From contig CP075493.1 in the NCBI GenBank assembly GCA_021613535.1, positions 17,298,001-17,362,000 of the forward strand: a stretch of 64,000 nucleotides of DNA, written 5' to 3'. The position numbers and the translations under genes were made by a program. Shown here in pieces: positions 12,814 to 25,100 of the stretch (positions within the stretch are counted from its first letter, which is position 1; every line of letters starts with the position of its first letter). Below the pieces are notes generated by a model. The model was not told where the DNA came from. It did not search any database and saw nothing but the letters and a program-made list of their open reading frames with translations. Source of the DNA: Adineta vaga. Its lineage: Eukaryota; Animalia; Rotifera.

Positions 12814-13284
12814 ATTTTCAAATGAATTATATTAGTGAGAGTTACACGATATTTATACAAGAAATGTATTCTATGAATAATATAAAATCTTTCGTTTTTC
12901 TTTTCTTTTCTTTTCTTTCAGAAATGAGTGGATACACGTGGCATTACATTATTGTCATTTATTTTCATCATCAAAATTGAGTCACAATTGGAAATTTGAA
13001 AGAGTTTAAACGTGTTTCGTAAGTTCTGTCTATTAAGATATAAGAAACGATAGAAAATATGAGAGAGAACGAGAAAAACTAGATGGCGCTGAGTGTATGA
13101 ATATAAAAGAGCACAAGATATACGCACATATTAGTGTACTCAAATAGAGAAGAAAAACTTCAATAGACATATATTTCGGAATTTTCTATACTAATAAGAA
13201 TATAAATTATAAAAGAGAAAATGGAATTAATGATAATCTCAGAAAGAATTTTATTGTTTGATAAGAATTCTTAATTGAACAATA

Positions 13285-13330
13285 TTGAGGGTGTGGATGT
13301 GCTTATATCTTCTTCACCCACAACCACCCT
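13285..13330. repeat. Telomere-like hairpin element copy
   Basis: TTGAGGGTGTGGATGTG-cttatatcttctt-CACCCACAACCACCCT. Confidence 0.75.
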
Positions 13331-13705
13331 GTAATCCATTAAAAATCTCTGATATTTCGTGACTACACACTTCTTTCGAAATTTTATCGATTACTTCGGA
13401 AAAAAACAGCGAATCTTTGTTGGATCTCATAAGCACCTTGCCCGAAAAGTTCAAAGATTTTCTCTAGGACTTGGTCATCAACAAAGACAGCGAATCAAAT
13501 TACAAAATCTTACGAAAAGATCGAGACCTGGAAACAGATCACCTCAGGTAAACTAGAACGAAAAAGTTTGATCGTTCTTTGATAAAACGTTTTTTTTCAT
13601 GAAGATAATAATAATAGAGTTCGATACCAAAAAATATGTTCTCATTATGAAATTTAAAAATAATGTTCTTCACTAACAGCCGTTTCATCTTCTATTGAAT
13701 CCAAT

Positions 13706-15832
13706 TTAGGATGCGTGTGTGTGTTTAAAGGTTGCAATACTCTCTCTCACACGTACAGGAAATCGTGCTCGTTTCTTTCGCAAACATCTTCCGTCATAAT
13801 GGAAAACATTGCACACACAGACGTCTATGAGTCTTCGTCGCTGTGGAATAACATCGTTCCATATATTCAGTGCTTTTTGTGCATGAATGCGTGCTTTCTC
13901 AAAATCGTTTTTTCTCCCATAAACAAGACTAATTTGATTGTAACTATAAGCAATTGCTTTCTGATGATTGTGTTCATGTTTTAAACGATGCTTCAAAGCT
14001 TTACAGTGTCTTTTCAATGATTCGTTATAGTTACCCAATTTATAGTATGTCATACCGATATCATCACAGATGTAACTGTATGTTTTATGATGTTGTACAA
14101 GTACTTCTTTTATTTTGTGCCAGTGCTCAAGTGCCAATTTGAACTGCTTTAATGCTTGTTTATACTGATCTTGTTGTAGATAAACTCTTCCTAGTTGTCT
14201 GTGACATTGAACAATTTTCGTTTTTATACCATTTTTTTCTGATGAAAAACATGTCTTTTCAGTTAAACTCAGTATTTCCAATCCTTCAGTACAATACTTA
14301 ACAGTCAAATCTAAATTGTTGTCTTCCATTGCTATCATGCCTAGATTCATGCACACATCCGCGTTTCTGTCAGTATTTGTTGAAGTGTAAAAATGATTGT
14401 AATATTGTACAATATTTTTGTTCCTATTATTGAAATGGTCTTCGACATGATAAGATTTGTATGTCCCACCATCTCTTTCAGCACGTAAATTCGTCACAGA
14501 TGTTATCAACTCATAATCGTGTTCATCGCATAATTCTAGTTTTACCAACCAAATATTTTCTGCTTTAACATATTCAAAATCGATAACATCAAAAACACTG
14601 CCGATGGAGAACAACACTTCATTTTCATGAGAAAATCGACTATATTTTGAGATATCAGCAAATCTCTTCATTCCAGTTAAATGTGTGTTAACAACAATTT
14701 CAAATAAAATAGATGTATGAGTATCATCTATAAGTGATGATCTAGCGAAAGCAACTGCCATTGCTCGATCTTTACTGGTTGAAAAAAAAACTGTATGTCA
14801 ACACATATTCTGAAATATTATTCTTTAGTTGTCTAAATTCAGTATGCGTAATCGCTTGTCCACGATAAAAAGTAAGAATATGATTATGTTTTAGAGTGAT
14901 AATCGTTTGTGAATGTTCGTTTTTAAGCAATCTGACCAAATCAGCAATGAAATAACGTAGTTTAAAGATGATGTCAACATTTTGTAACCGAAACGCTTTA
15001 TTAATGACTTCAAAGAAAAATGCATGATTTGTGTACCAATAAAAAGCATTTTCTGGACGATAATTCAGTTCAAATTCTTGAATAAGTGATTCTTGCATTT
15101 CGTTTCCTCTGTAGTAATTTTTATAAAACTTAATAAAATCCATCTTTGAGGTATCTTTGTCAATATCTAATAAAGTATTCATGAAATTTTCATACCATAA
15201 AAATGAACTAGTAATTTTTTGAGTTGATCTGTCGCTGTTAGGTACATCATTGTTAAACATTTCATCGAAAAAATGCATTGACATCATGTCGTCCGCTTTT
15301 AAACGTCCAATCTTATATGCTTTTACATCAATCAGAATTTCGAATAAATCACTCACTATCATACTGACCTGCAAAAAAAAGCTGATTTGTCTGAGAGATG
15401 TATTTATTTTTGAAATGAATTCTATTTTCAGAGTCTTGTACAACTCACCTTAGAAAATCTTGTTATTAATTCATTGTTGTCATCAATCTGAACTTTACTT
15501 AAAATATAAATGATCTTTAATAGAGGCATTTCGTGGATGATTGGAATAATGTTGACATTTAAATCTGATACGATTAGAATCATATATTCATTTTTTACTG
15601 TCTGCATAAACTTCAAACAAACTTCGTTGTTATCAAATGTTTGCACGTAATCCACAACATTACGCATTTCTATAATTTGGTTGGCTTGTACGTCACGATG
15701 ATTACTATCCACGTATATCAATGTATATTGTTCTAAGTTTATTCGTTTTGAATTATTGTTGAATTTTGGTGACTGTTGATCATTTAATTGAGACATAATT
15801 GGATGTAAAAGATTTACTTGAATTTGAAGCAT
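13706..15832 (-). CDS. ADP-ribosyltransferase (R-STS-ExE) plus TPR protein; intron 15448..15369; +1 frameshift in the A9 run at 14782-14790
   Basis: FYWYT..FF...NKAFR, FYRGQ, and ENEVLF motifs; removing one base gives SFFSTSKDRAMAVAFA. C-terminal TPRs (LGRVYLQQDQYKQALKQF, IGMTYYKLGNYNESL). Donor AAG|GTGAGT, acceptor TTGCAG. Confidence 0.85.
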
Positions 15833-16881
15833 TTTTCGTTTCTTGTTATTAATAAGGTTGCGTTTGTGCTATGTTGAAAAAAACATATGCCAGCACTTCT
15901 GTTCTCTCACTTCGCTTTTTCTTATTCGGCCTGTAACGGCTTCTTCATTTACCTACAAAGTATATAAATAAGCAAAATAATGACTCATTCATGCTACCCA
16001 CGCGTTTTGAGATATCGAGATCATATTTCCAACATGTGCTGTATTCAAACTATCTATCGTTATCATGACTCATGCGAATATATGGGGAGTTTTTCATTCT
16101 TGAGAACACATCTATGGATAAGACACGTGTAGAGAAAGAGAAACAGGATGAGAAAAAACACGTTTCTTCGTTTTCTTGTCTCAGGATAAGAAAGATATAG
16201 GAATCTGCCAATCAGAAGATATGATACACATTCGTTTGTTTTCAAATTATAGTATAAACAATTCAACCCATATTGTGGAATGTATTTTAACGAAAATTTT
16301 ACATTTAAAAAAAAGATTTCTTTTCATCGAGTTTGATCTGCTTGTACCATAAGAAATTGATACTACCTACAGTTATAAAAGTCTTTAGCATCGATTATAC
16401 ATATTGATGTTATAAACAAAGATTTTAGTTAATCCTATGAAGACCATCTTTTTCTGCTCATTTTCCTAGAATACATCTTAAACAGAGATCTTTTAATGTC
16501 AAACACTAAGAAAATTTAATATAAAATAAAGGTGTATTACCAAACCCATCGAAAAGGTTTCGTGGATTATGAAAACCATTTCTTTTGATTTGTCAATGCA
16601 TTCTGAACCTTTCGAAATCTACGAAATCAGTCGAAGAAATACTTTTTTCTAGACTCAACTGTGTACGACTTTCTACGGACTCCAGCCGGATATATTTCGC
16701 ATTTTTACTGCTTCGGACCTACACACAAAACAAAAATAAAACAATCTAGGTGAATAAGGAATATTTTCAAGAGCAGTCAAGAAGAAAGAGATCCTACCGA
16801 TGACATGATATCATTTAAATATGACACTGAAGTACCCTGAATTCAAAATAAAAATATAAACTGACACAATAAACGTTTGTC

Positions 16882-17276
16882 TTGTGTGTAGTATTCGCAT
16901 TAATGTGGAAGTTCTCTTTGTCATGACGTCCACCAATAAGAATGGGAGAGAAAATATATCCAAATGTCCCACATTATTCTTCTCTTATCAAAATAAACAA
17001 AAGTATTACTTGTATGGGAATATGATGGAAAAGAAACTAGTTGATGTCATTTTTTTAGATTTTCCCATTCTTTTACCAACTATTCATGTGTGTGTATATA
17101 AAGAGAGAAACCATTCCATGATTTCATTAACATTCATCTCAACATCGAACAAACTATAATATCAATACCATCATGAATCGTCTACTCCTTATTGTGCTTG
17201 TATTAACCATGAGTAAGTCTTTTTTTTTCTCAAGAAATATGTCGAATAGTAAATTCCCTCTTGGTGTGTATTTTAG
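16882..17276 (+). repeat. About 395-bp duplicated block (promoter, signal exon, intron); direct copy at 18662-19055 and partial inverted copy at about 18420-18657
   Basis: Near-identical sequence read by eye, with only a few substitutions or indels. Confidence 0.95.
17094..17103 (+). promoter_or_regulatory. TATA-like box of the peptide genes (also in copies 2 and 3)
   Basis: GTATATAAAG about 75 nt upstream of the ATG in all three copies. Confidence 0.5.
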
Positions 17277-17428
17277 TTATGGGAATGATTGCGGCACAAC
17301 ATTATTACCGAGTACCTGCTTGCGATAATCCATGCATTACTCGTGGCGCTGTTAATACATGTTGTAAAAGCCATGGATACCGACGAGGATGGTGTCACGC
17401 AACGAAATGGGCAAACTGTTACTATTGA
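17173..17428 (+). CDS. Secreted six-Cys diapausin-like peptide, copy 1 (intron 17213-17276)
   Basis: Spliced product MNRLLLIVLVLTMIMGMIAA-QHYYRVPACDNPCITRGAVNTCCKSHGYRRGWCHATKWANCYY*. Canonical GTAAGT..TTTTAG intron. Confidence 0.88.
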
Positions 17429-18273
17429 GAATATCACAACTGAGCGTTTACACATCCTATACTTTCATGCTTTTATCCTTGAAAAAAATCTATATACTTT
17501 ACTCTGCTTATCATTATTTGTTTTCAATTCATAATAATAAAAGGATTTCTTAAGCATATCTTTCATGTTTACAAAAAGAAAATGACGGTATACCTTTAAG
17601 TAATCAGAATCGTCTTCATTTTTATAAATTCACTACATATTGTAATGAGAACACGTATCAGAAAAAATTACGTTTTGTTACCACTCTTATTCCAGAATAT
17701 CTGGCAACATATACGACGGCTGTTAAAGAAAATTAGTCTTTGACGATTTTGTGTGGAAAATAATAAAAGAAGAAGCAAGAGAAGTTTAACGGACTGAGTA
17801 GATATTCGGGATACAATGCCTAGGATGTGGCTGATTTAACCGTAGAGATCCTAACCAATATAATGACTTTTCTTTCGATTTTTCTATTGGCAAGGATTAT
17901 TACAGAATCAGCATATCACTAAATGTTTCCTCGTCAATAAATAAATTTTTGCTTTTGAATGCGATCAACTTGCCGTTTTATCCTGATAACTCTATATTTT
18001 CGTTACAACTTCTTTCTATTAATCATTCTGAACTCCATCACGTATTTTTGACCATTTTCCTTTCAAAGAAGTTTCGTATCTACAATTATTTTCTTTATCA
18101 CAAATATGGAGGATGTGATTAGGAAATTGTTTTATTGTGAGTATTTGAAAATTACAATTTCACGAATGTTTATAAAAACAAAATAATCATAAGTAGAGTA
18201 GAGGATAGAGATTTTTTTGAAAGGAAAAAAAATATGATAGTATAGGTTGCATAGATGCTCAGCTGCGATATTC

Positions 18274-18522
18274 TTAGTCGTAGCATACTGCCCACCGACC
18301 ATGTGTACACCAACCTCCACGGTATGTATGGCTTCTGCAACATGTGGCAACATGACCACCAGTTCTGCATGGCGTATTGCAGACAGGCGTATAATCCTGT
18401 GCTACGATCATTCCCATAACTAAAAGACAGAACAAGAAAGAATTTACTATTCGACGTATTTCTTGAGAAAAAAAAGACTTACTCATGGTTAATACAAGCA
18501 CAATAAGGAGTAAACGATTCAT
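18274..18522 (-). CDS. Secreted six-Cys diapausin-like peptide, copy 2 (intron 18482..18420)
   Basis: Spliced product MNRLLLIVLVLTMIMGMIVA-QDYTPVCNTPCRTGGHVATCCRSHTYRGGWCTHGRWAVCYD*. The 63-nt intron is in frame and stop-free, which explains the 82-aa ORF in the track. Confidence 0.88.
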   Translation of the reverse strand: MNRLLLIVLVLTMSKSFFSQEIRRIVNSFLFCLLVMGMIVAQDYTPVCNTPCRTGGHVATCCRSHTYRGGWCTHGRWAVCYD

Positions 18523-18951
18523 GATGGTATTGATATTATAGTTTGTTCGATGTTGAGATGAATGTTAATGAAATCATGGAATGGTTTCTCTCTTTATATA
18601 CACACACATGAATAGTTGGTAAAAGAATGGGAAAATCTTAAAAATGATATTAACTAATCTTTTGTGTGTAGTATTCGCATTAATGTGGGAGTTCTCTTTG
18701 TCATGACGTCCACCATAAGAATGGGAGAGAAAATATATCCAAATGTCCCACATTATTCTTCTCTTATCAAAATAAACAAAAGTATTACTTGTATGGGAAT
18801 ATGATGGAAAAGAAACTAGTTGATGTCATTTTTTTAGATTTTCCCATTCTTTTACCAACTATTCATGTGTGTGTATATAAAGAGAGAAACCATTCCATGA
18901 TTTCATTAACATTCATCTCAACATCGAACAAACTATAATATCAATACCATC

Positions 18952-19198
18952 ATGAATCGTCTACTCCTTATTGTGCTTGTATTAACCATGAGTAAGTCTT
19001 TTTTTTTCTCAAGAAATATGTCGAATAGTAAATTCCCTCTTGGTGTATATTTTAGCTTTTGGAATGATTGCGGCTCAATATTATGTTGGTGCATGTGCCC
19101 CATGTACACCTGGTCGAGCGGTTGATGTATGTTGCAAAAGACGTGGCTATCTGGGAGGGTTTTGTCAAGATGGTCGATTTCCCCTATGTTTTCGATGA
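18952..19198 (+). CDS. Secreted six-Cys diapausin-like peptide, copy 3 (intron 18992-19055)
   Basis: Spliced product MNRLLLIVLVLTMTFGMIAA-QYYVGACAPCTPGRAVDVCCKRRGYLGGFCQDGRFPLCFR*. Confidence 0.88.
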
Positions 19199-19980
19199 AA
19201 ATTTGAAAGCCGTACATCTTCTTCTGAAAGAAATTCGCCACCCTTTTCTCTTTTAATCATTCTTTCTTTCTTTCTATGGAAATCTTCATCTAATTATACT
19301 TCTCAAATAATCACAATAAAAATATTTCTCAATCATAACTTCCATATGTATGATTTCACTTACACTTGTGTTCTCCATTGGAATTCATGTAAAATTGTTT
19401 AATGAAAAAGGGTGCGTGTGGCCCTACCTTAGAAAAGATTGTTGATTAGATCGATCATGGGATAATGATTTGTTTTATTGTAAAAGGTTGTAGGCGTAGC
19501 GTGTGCACACAGTCTCTCGTCTTGCAGGGTAGGCGTGTTTCTACCTTTTACAGTCAATGGTTAAATGAGTCGAAACGACGAACGTTAGTTGAACGAATAT
19601 TTGAATTTAACTTTCATACTTGACACTACTGGAATATGTGGTGTTTCCTTCTCTTAGATCATAACATATCCACACTTTCAAGACATAATTTCAATCATGA
19701 TATTTTTCAACGATTAAATGCGAACTGCATTAAACATAAAAGTAACTTTCAAAGCGAATCTATCGTTTTATTGTGGCATAAACGAACATTGAAACTACAA
19801 GGTCAAAGTTCTTGAAAAGCTCACACTGAATGTTGATTCCTTTTTTTGAAAACATATATTTGCCGAAAGAGACGAAAAGAAAAGAACAAAAAAAGTTCGA
19901 GTTAATCTGTTGATAAACAATCGAGATTTTACATTCTACTATGTCAATATTTTGATAAAGCAACACATCTGGTGGCTAAG

Positions 19981-20957
19981 TTAAATATTATTGGATATGG
20001 TATGATAAAAATTCTCATGAAATGAAAATGGTATACGTATAGGTAAATACGCTCTTGTTATTTCTTTAAATGTTTTACTATACAATATGAGTATAAATGA
20101 TTTCTTTGTTTTTTGTTCCAAAACAATTGTTAATATAATTCCATCATCTTCTTCTGATGATTCTGATTTAGATACGAATATTGGTTCACTTGGAGATGTA
20201 CATGATTTTTGCCATAATCCAACTACTTGTCGAGTTTCTAAATCAATTTTAACTAATGCATCAAGAAAATAACCAGGAGGACCTCGAATAGCATAGATAT
20301 AGCGATAAAATTTTCCAATATAATCGGCATTAATTCTTGGTAGATCGATTTGGACTGGAACAAGACTATTTCCATAACTGATTGGATGTGATTCATGTTG
20401 ATTAGTGAATAATTTCTGAACGTTTTCAAAAGGTTCTACACATTGTTTTGTAGTTAAATTTAAATGAAATCGTCTTACATAACCTAAACCAGATGGGAAG
20501 GTATTTTGACAAAGTTTATCCAAAAATAATTCTTTTATCACCCGATGATGATCATATGCACATATATCAATAACAATCAAATATTCATTGTCTTTTTTCA
20601 TTTGATAAGCATTAATATGATGAAATGTGAAAAAAGCGGGTCCCGGAAAACGAGCTAGTTCCTCTCCAGTATCCAGATTGATTATACAAAAATAAGTGGG
20701 TATGGAATCATTCCATTTAAACATACCAGTTATCAATTCACTAGCTGATATTATCCGAATTGTTGGTAATAAAGAAAATTGTAATGGAATTTCCGATAAT
20801 ATTAGATAATCTTCAGTTATAGATGCACTATGCATATAAGATGCTGCGTCTTCATACGTATATCGATATGATTGTGTATTGAATTTTATTAATTTGTTAT
20901 ATTTTTCACTACGTTCATTCATATTAACAGTTTCGAAAATAATATAATAGTTCAGTA
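19981..20957 (-). pseudogene. Carotenoid cleavage oxygenase (RPE65/BCO family), C-terminal half only
   Basis: YMHSASITEDYLI, FTFHHINAY, DLPRIN..Y.G..YRYIY, PSEPIFV...EEDDG, PFSFHENF (normally FHG). The frame ends at repeat-like DNA near 20958 and the N-terminal half is not visible. Confidence 0.8.
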
Positions 20958-21586
20958 CAAGATGCGCGGAACTTCGCGAAGGTTTCGAAGTTTGACTTCA
21001 GAACTTTCGTCAAATTTCCAAACTTAAAAAGGTTCCGTCGAATAGTGACGAAGTCGTTATTATTTTTCGGAACTTAAAATCGTTTCGTAGACGAATATTA
21101 AACCTATGAAGTTCGATGTAACACCTTTTTTTTAAAGTGTAGGTATAGCTCAATTAACTTCTTAGTTGAAAAGTTGAATGGTTATAACTCAAAAAGTTAT
21201 GACCCGATTTATAACTATCCTAGTTTTTTAACTCCAACAGTGAACAATTATCAATCAGACAACTATATCGTGATCCAGTTATTGGACTCATAATATGGAT
21301 GACAAATCATACCATACCGAGTATATTCATCTTTACATGGTTCAGATAATTAAAAGAAATGTTTATCTTTAAATGAATAATTTAGACCTCCATGATATAC
21401 ATCACGTATGAAATTAACATTAAATTCAGAACTGTAAGGATCTACGTAGTGTGTGATGACGCTAACTTTAGTCTCCGAAACAAAGAAAACCAAACAGCGA
21501 GACTTGTCCTAATGAAAGAAAATTCACGTAGTAAAATAAATTATCCTATCGTAATGATAAATGATATGCTGGTGAGTATCAACGTC

Positions 21587-21643
21587 TTGAGAGTGAGAGA
21601 TTTGGGTGTTTTATTTAAACTCCCACATTCTCATCCTCACTCT
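21587..21643. repeat. Telomere-like hairpin element copy (degenerate)
   Basis: TTGAGAGTGAGAGATTTGGGTG...CCCACATTCTCATCCTCACTCT. Confidence 0.5.
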
Positions 21644-22156
21644 TACGCCCTGATATGTGAACTTATGCATAGACACATATTCCGACGAACATCGAACACT
21701 CGGCTAGTCCTTCTAATAAATACGATTCTTGCATGACAGTTACGATTGCTAGCAAGAGGGAGATGGATTGTTCGCTTATATTAGTTTTATTTTGAATGAA
21801 AAAAATATTGATTCTATGCTGAAAAGTATATCATGCTGCATGCTTGAAACTAACTACGACACACCTGCGTTGTCAGCAATCCTCGTTAGAATTAAATCAC
21901 GCTTTCTGTTTTCATATCAGGTCCTATGCTTTGTCAAACTTTGTTTGGTAAAAAATGTGAGTGATGGTTATAATATATATTGTAGAAAGAGTTTTTCCTT
22001 TTCAGCTTTTACAAGCGGGAGAATAGCGCACGACCGACTAAATCAAAAGTAGGAACGATTATCGTTTGAAGACGATCAATGTTCAAGTTACTCTTGTAGT
22101 CAATTCTAGCAACTTATTCTACTGGATCTCATAAATACTCCGAACGAAGAAAATCG

Positions 22157-25100
22157 ATGGACTTAATCGCGATTCTGGTCTTTCGACTGGTAATTATCTA
22201 CGATTCACTGGAATTTATTCAAGCTTCGTTAAATGTCTACGAAAGTGATCGATTATACGTCGCTTGGAATGTCACAAATGACTACTATGATTGTTTACAC
22301 TATACCGAACATGATGATTGCATATATACACACATGAATGAAGTGACGAAAGAAAAATTAGAAGACAACGAAAAATGTATTATTCCAGAGCATGTTATAT
22401 CCTACTGTATGCGTACACTGTCCGATGAACCAGCTCCGTTAAAACATAATCATATGCAAGCCATGGGTATACCGTTCGAAGAATTGAAAAGGAATCATGT
22501 GCGTCCAGAAGACATGTTGAGATGGTCCGCACCTATTGATCTAGCTGAGCGATATGCCGAATTTTTAACGCAAAATACACACTCGTTATCAATGAATGAA
22601 GTGTTTTACAACTGTACATCTCCTTGGTTTGGCCCATACTGTCAGTATACGTTCGGCTTTCATCCATCAACCTTCTCATTCGAAGACGTTGTCAAAATGA
22701 CCTATGAGAGCAAGAAGGAGTCAACTGAACGAGGAATAGGCAATGATACGAATTTACCATATTATACTCACATAAAATGCAAACTTGCGGGTGGCAAATA
22801 TCTCGATTGGCGTGAAGTCTGCGACGGTAAAACTGATTGTCTTGACAGTAATGAGGATGAAGAAGATTGCTTCGAATTGGAGATCAATGAATGCATGCAT
22901 GACGAGTATCGATGTTACAATGGCATGTGCATTTCCGCGGATTTTTTTCGAGATGACCCGTTCCATCCAGAATGTCTGGACGGTAGCGATGAACGCAATT
23001 TATTGATGAATAACTTTCGCGACTGCTATCTACAGCCTTCATTTCGCTGTGAAGAGCGATCCTGTCGTCATCCGATGAAACAGTTTCCATGTGGAGATGG
23101 TCAATGTACCAATCGAATCAATACAAATTATATATTCCTTTGGTTCGGACTTTGCGTAAATAATCGTGGACAACATATGAGAGACTGGTTCCTTTCGTAC
23201 GAAGCTAATCCGACACTTCCATTCGAGTGCTGGTTTTTAATAACATGTATACAGGTGTGGACGTCAAGCTGTCGTAGATTATGCACAAAAAGAAATATTT
23301 GTCACAAGAAGGTCAAAAATCTTTGTCCGCCATATTTTTTCTTCCCCACATATCCCATTTACGATAACCATGTACGGTATGCATTTTTGAACAACTTAGC
23401 ATTTCACATCACCCATTTGGATCTGGTTCCGCATTATATATGCTATGACAAGGAGCGATGTCCCTTCCTAACAGCAAGCATATCGATCTATGGATTCTCG
23501 TGTATTGAGACACAGCACTTTGTGAAGCTCGGATACGAAGATGTATCTGAATTATTTCACACGTGTGTCTCCGTTGATGCATTATCCCTTAACGCAGTTG
23601 CTCGTTTTCAGAGATACGATCTCTACAATTGCCCAGATACGCTGAAGTATATTTCTAAGCATCGACTCGTAGATGGAATCTCCGACTGCTTTGGCGATTA
23701 CGATGAAATATACAATGAATCATGTTCGCTCCATGATAAACATCGTATTCGATGCAGCAAAGATTTTGATAAGTGCATAAAAAGTATCACAGTATTCGAC
23801 AGAAAAAAAGAACAATGCAATTACGTTGGAGAGGATTATGATTCAATCAAGCGTGAGATTTCGTTTCCTACAATTTGCAATAGTTATTGGGAAATCTACA
23901 ACCAATTTTCATTTCAAGTAGATGACGAAACGGACGAGAGTAATTGTCAGTGGTGGCCGTGCAACAATCAGTACACACGTTGTGACACAAGTTGGACATG
24001 CATGAATGGTGCTGACGAGTGGAATTGTCCATACTCGACTTGTCCTTATAATCACATAATGTGTGTTTCACCACAGACACTGACAACGTTTTGTTTGAAT
24101 ATCAGTCGTATTGGTGACGGTGTTATAGATTGCTTGGGTGCGGCTGATGAGCAAGCATATTGTCGCACGTTAACCGGCATATGGAATATGCGCTATAGAT
24201 GTCGGAACAGTGATCATTGTACCTTTTTGGATCATCAAGCCGTACCCGGGCATGACTGCAGAGCAGAAGATACAAACTATACGGAAGCGAATGCACTGCG
24301 ATTATTATCAACTTTTTGGCTTCTCAATCCTCCGTATAGTCATTTCGGGCTTAATTCTTTACCACTCACTGTCACATCTCAGTCGTTTGAGCAGACAAGA
24401 TCGTCGTCGTCTGAAAAATCAGCACTTCACGATTCTTATCTATCACCAGTGACGAATTCTTTTCCCAAAACCATGGATGCACGGACACTAAATTCTCAAG
24501 AAGCCTGGTTATGCAATCGTGGTATTTTGATTTTGAAGGGATTTGACAGAAAACAAAGCTGCCTCTGTCCACAAAGTTATTATGGTGATCGATGTCAATA
24601 CCAAAGTGATCGTGTCAGTCTCACACTACAATTTCGACGAGATGCTGCACCTGACGACATTCGTGAAGTTTTTACTGTTGTCATTGCTCTACTTGATAAC
24701 ACTGGTGTTATTCATTCCATCGATTATATTACCTACTTGCCGAGAACAACTTGTAATGCGAAATTTAATCGATACCTATTGTACGATAGTCAACCAAAAG
24801 ATAGAACGAAAAATTATACAGTACGAGTCGATGCTTATAATCGACTGAATGTCGTCCATTATGCAAGTTGGCTTCTACCCGTCAAGTTTGCCTTTCTCCC
24901 TGTCAACAGAATGGCATTCCATTTGACCATCCCCGTAAGACAAACTTCACTGTCAAAAGAATGTCGATTTACTTGTATTCATGGATATTGTACTAAATAT
25001 GTCAATGAACTGGAACTGCCCTACTACTGTCAATGCTATTCAGGCTGGTCTGGGGCTCGGTGCACCATTCCGCTGAGTTGCACTTGTGCTGAGGGTTCAT

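Noticed and set aside
18420-18482. 82-aa unspliced version of peptide copy 2
   Set aside because: The segment is homologous to the 64-nt frame-breaking introns of copies 1 and 3 and has canonical splice sites.
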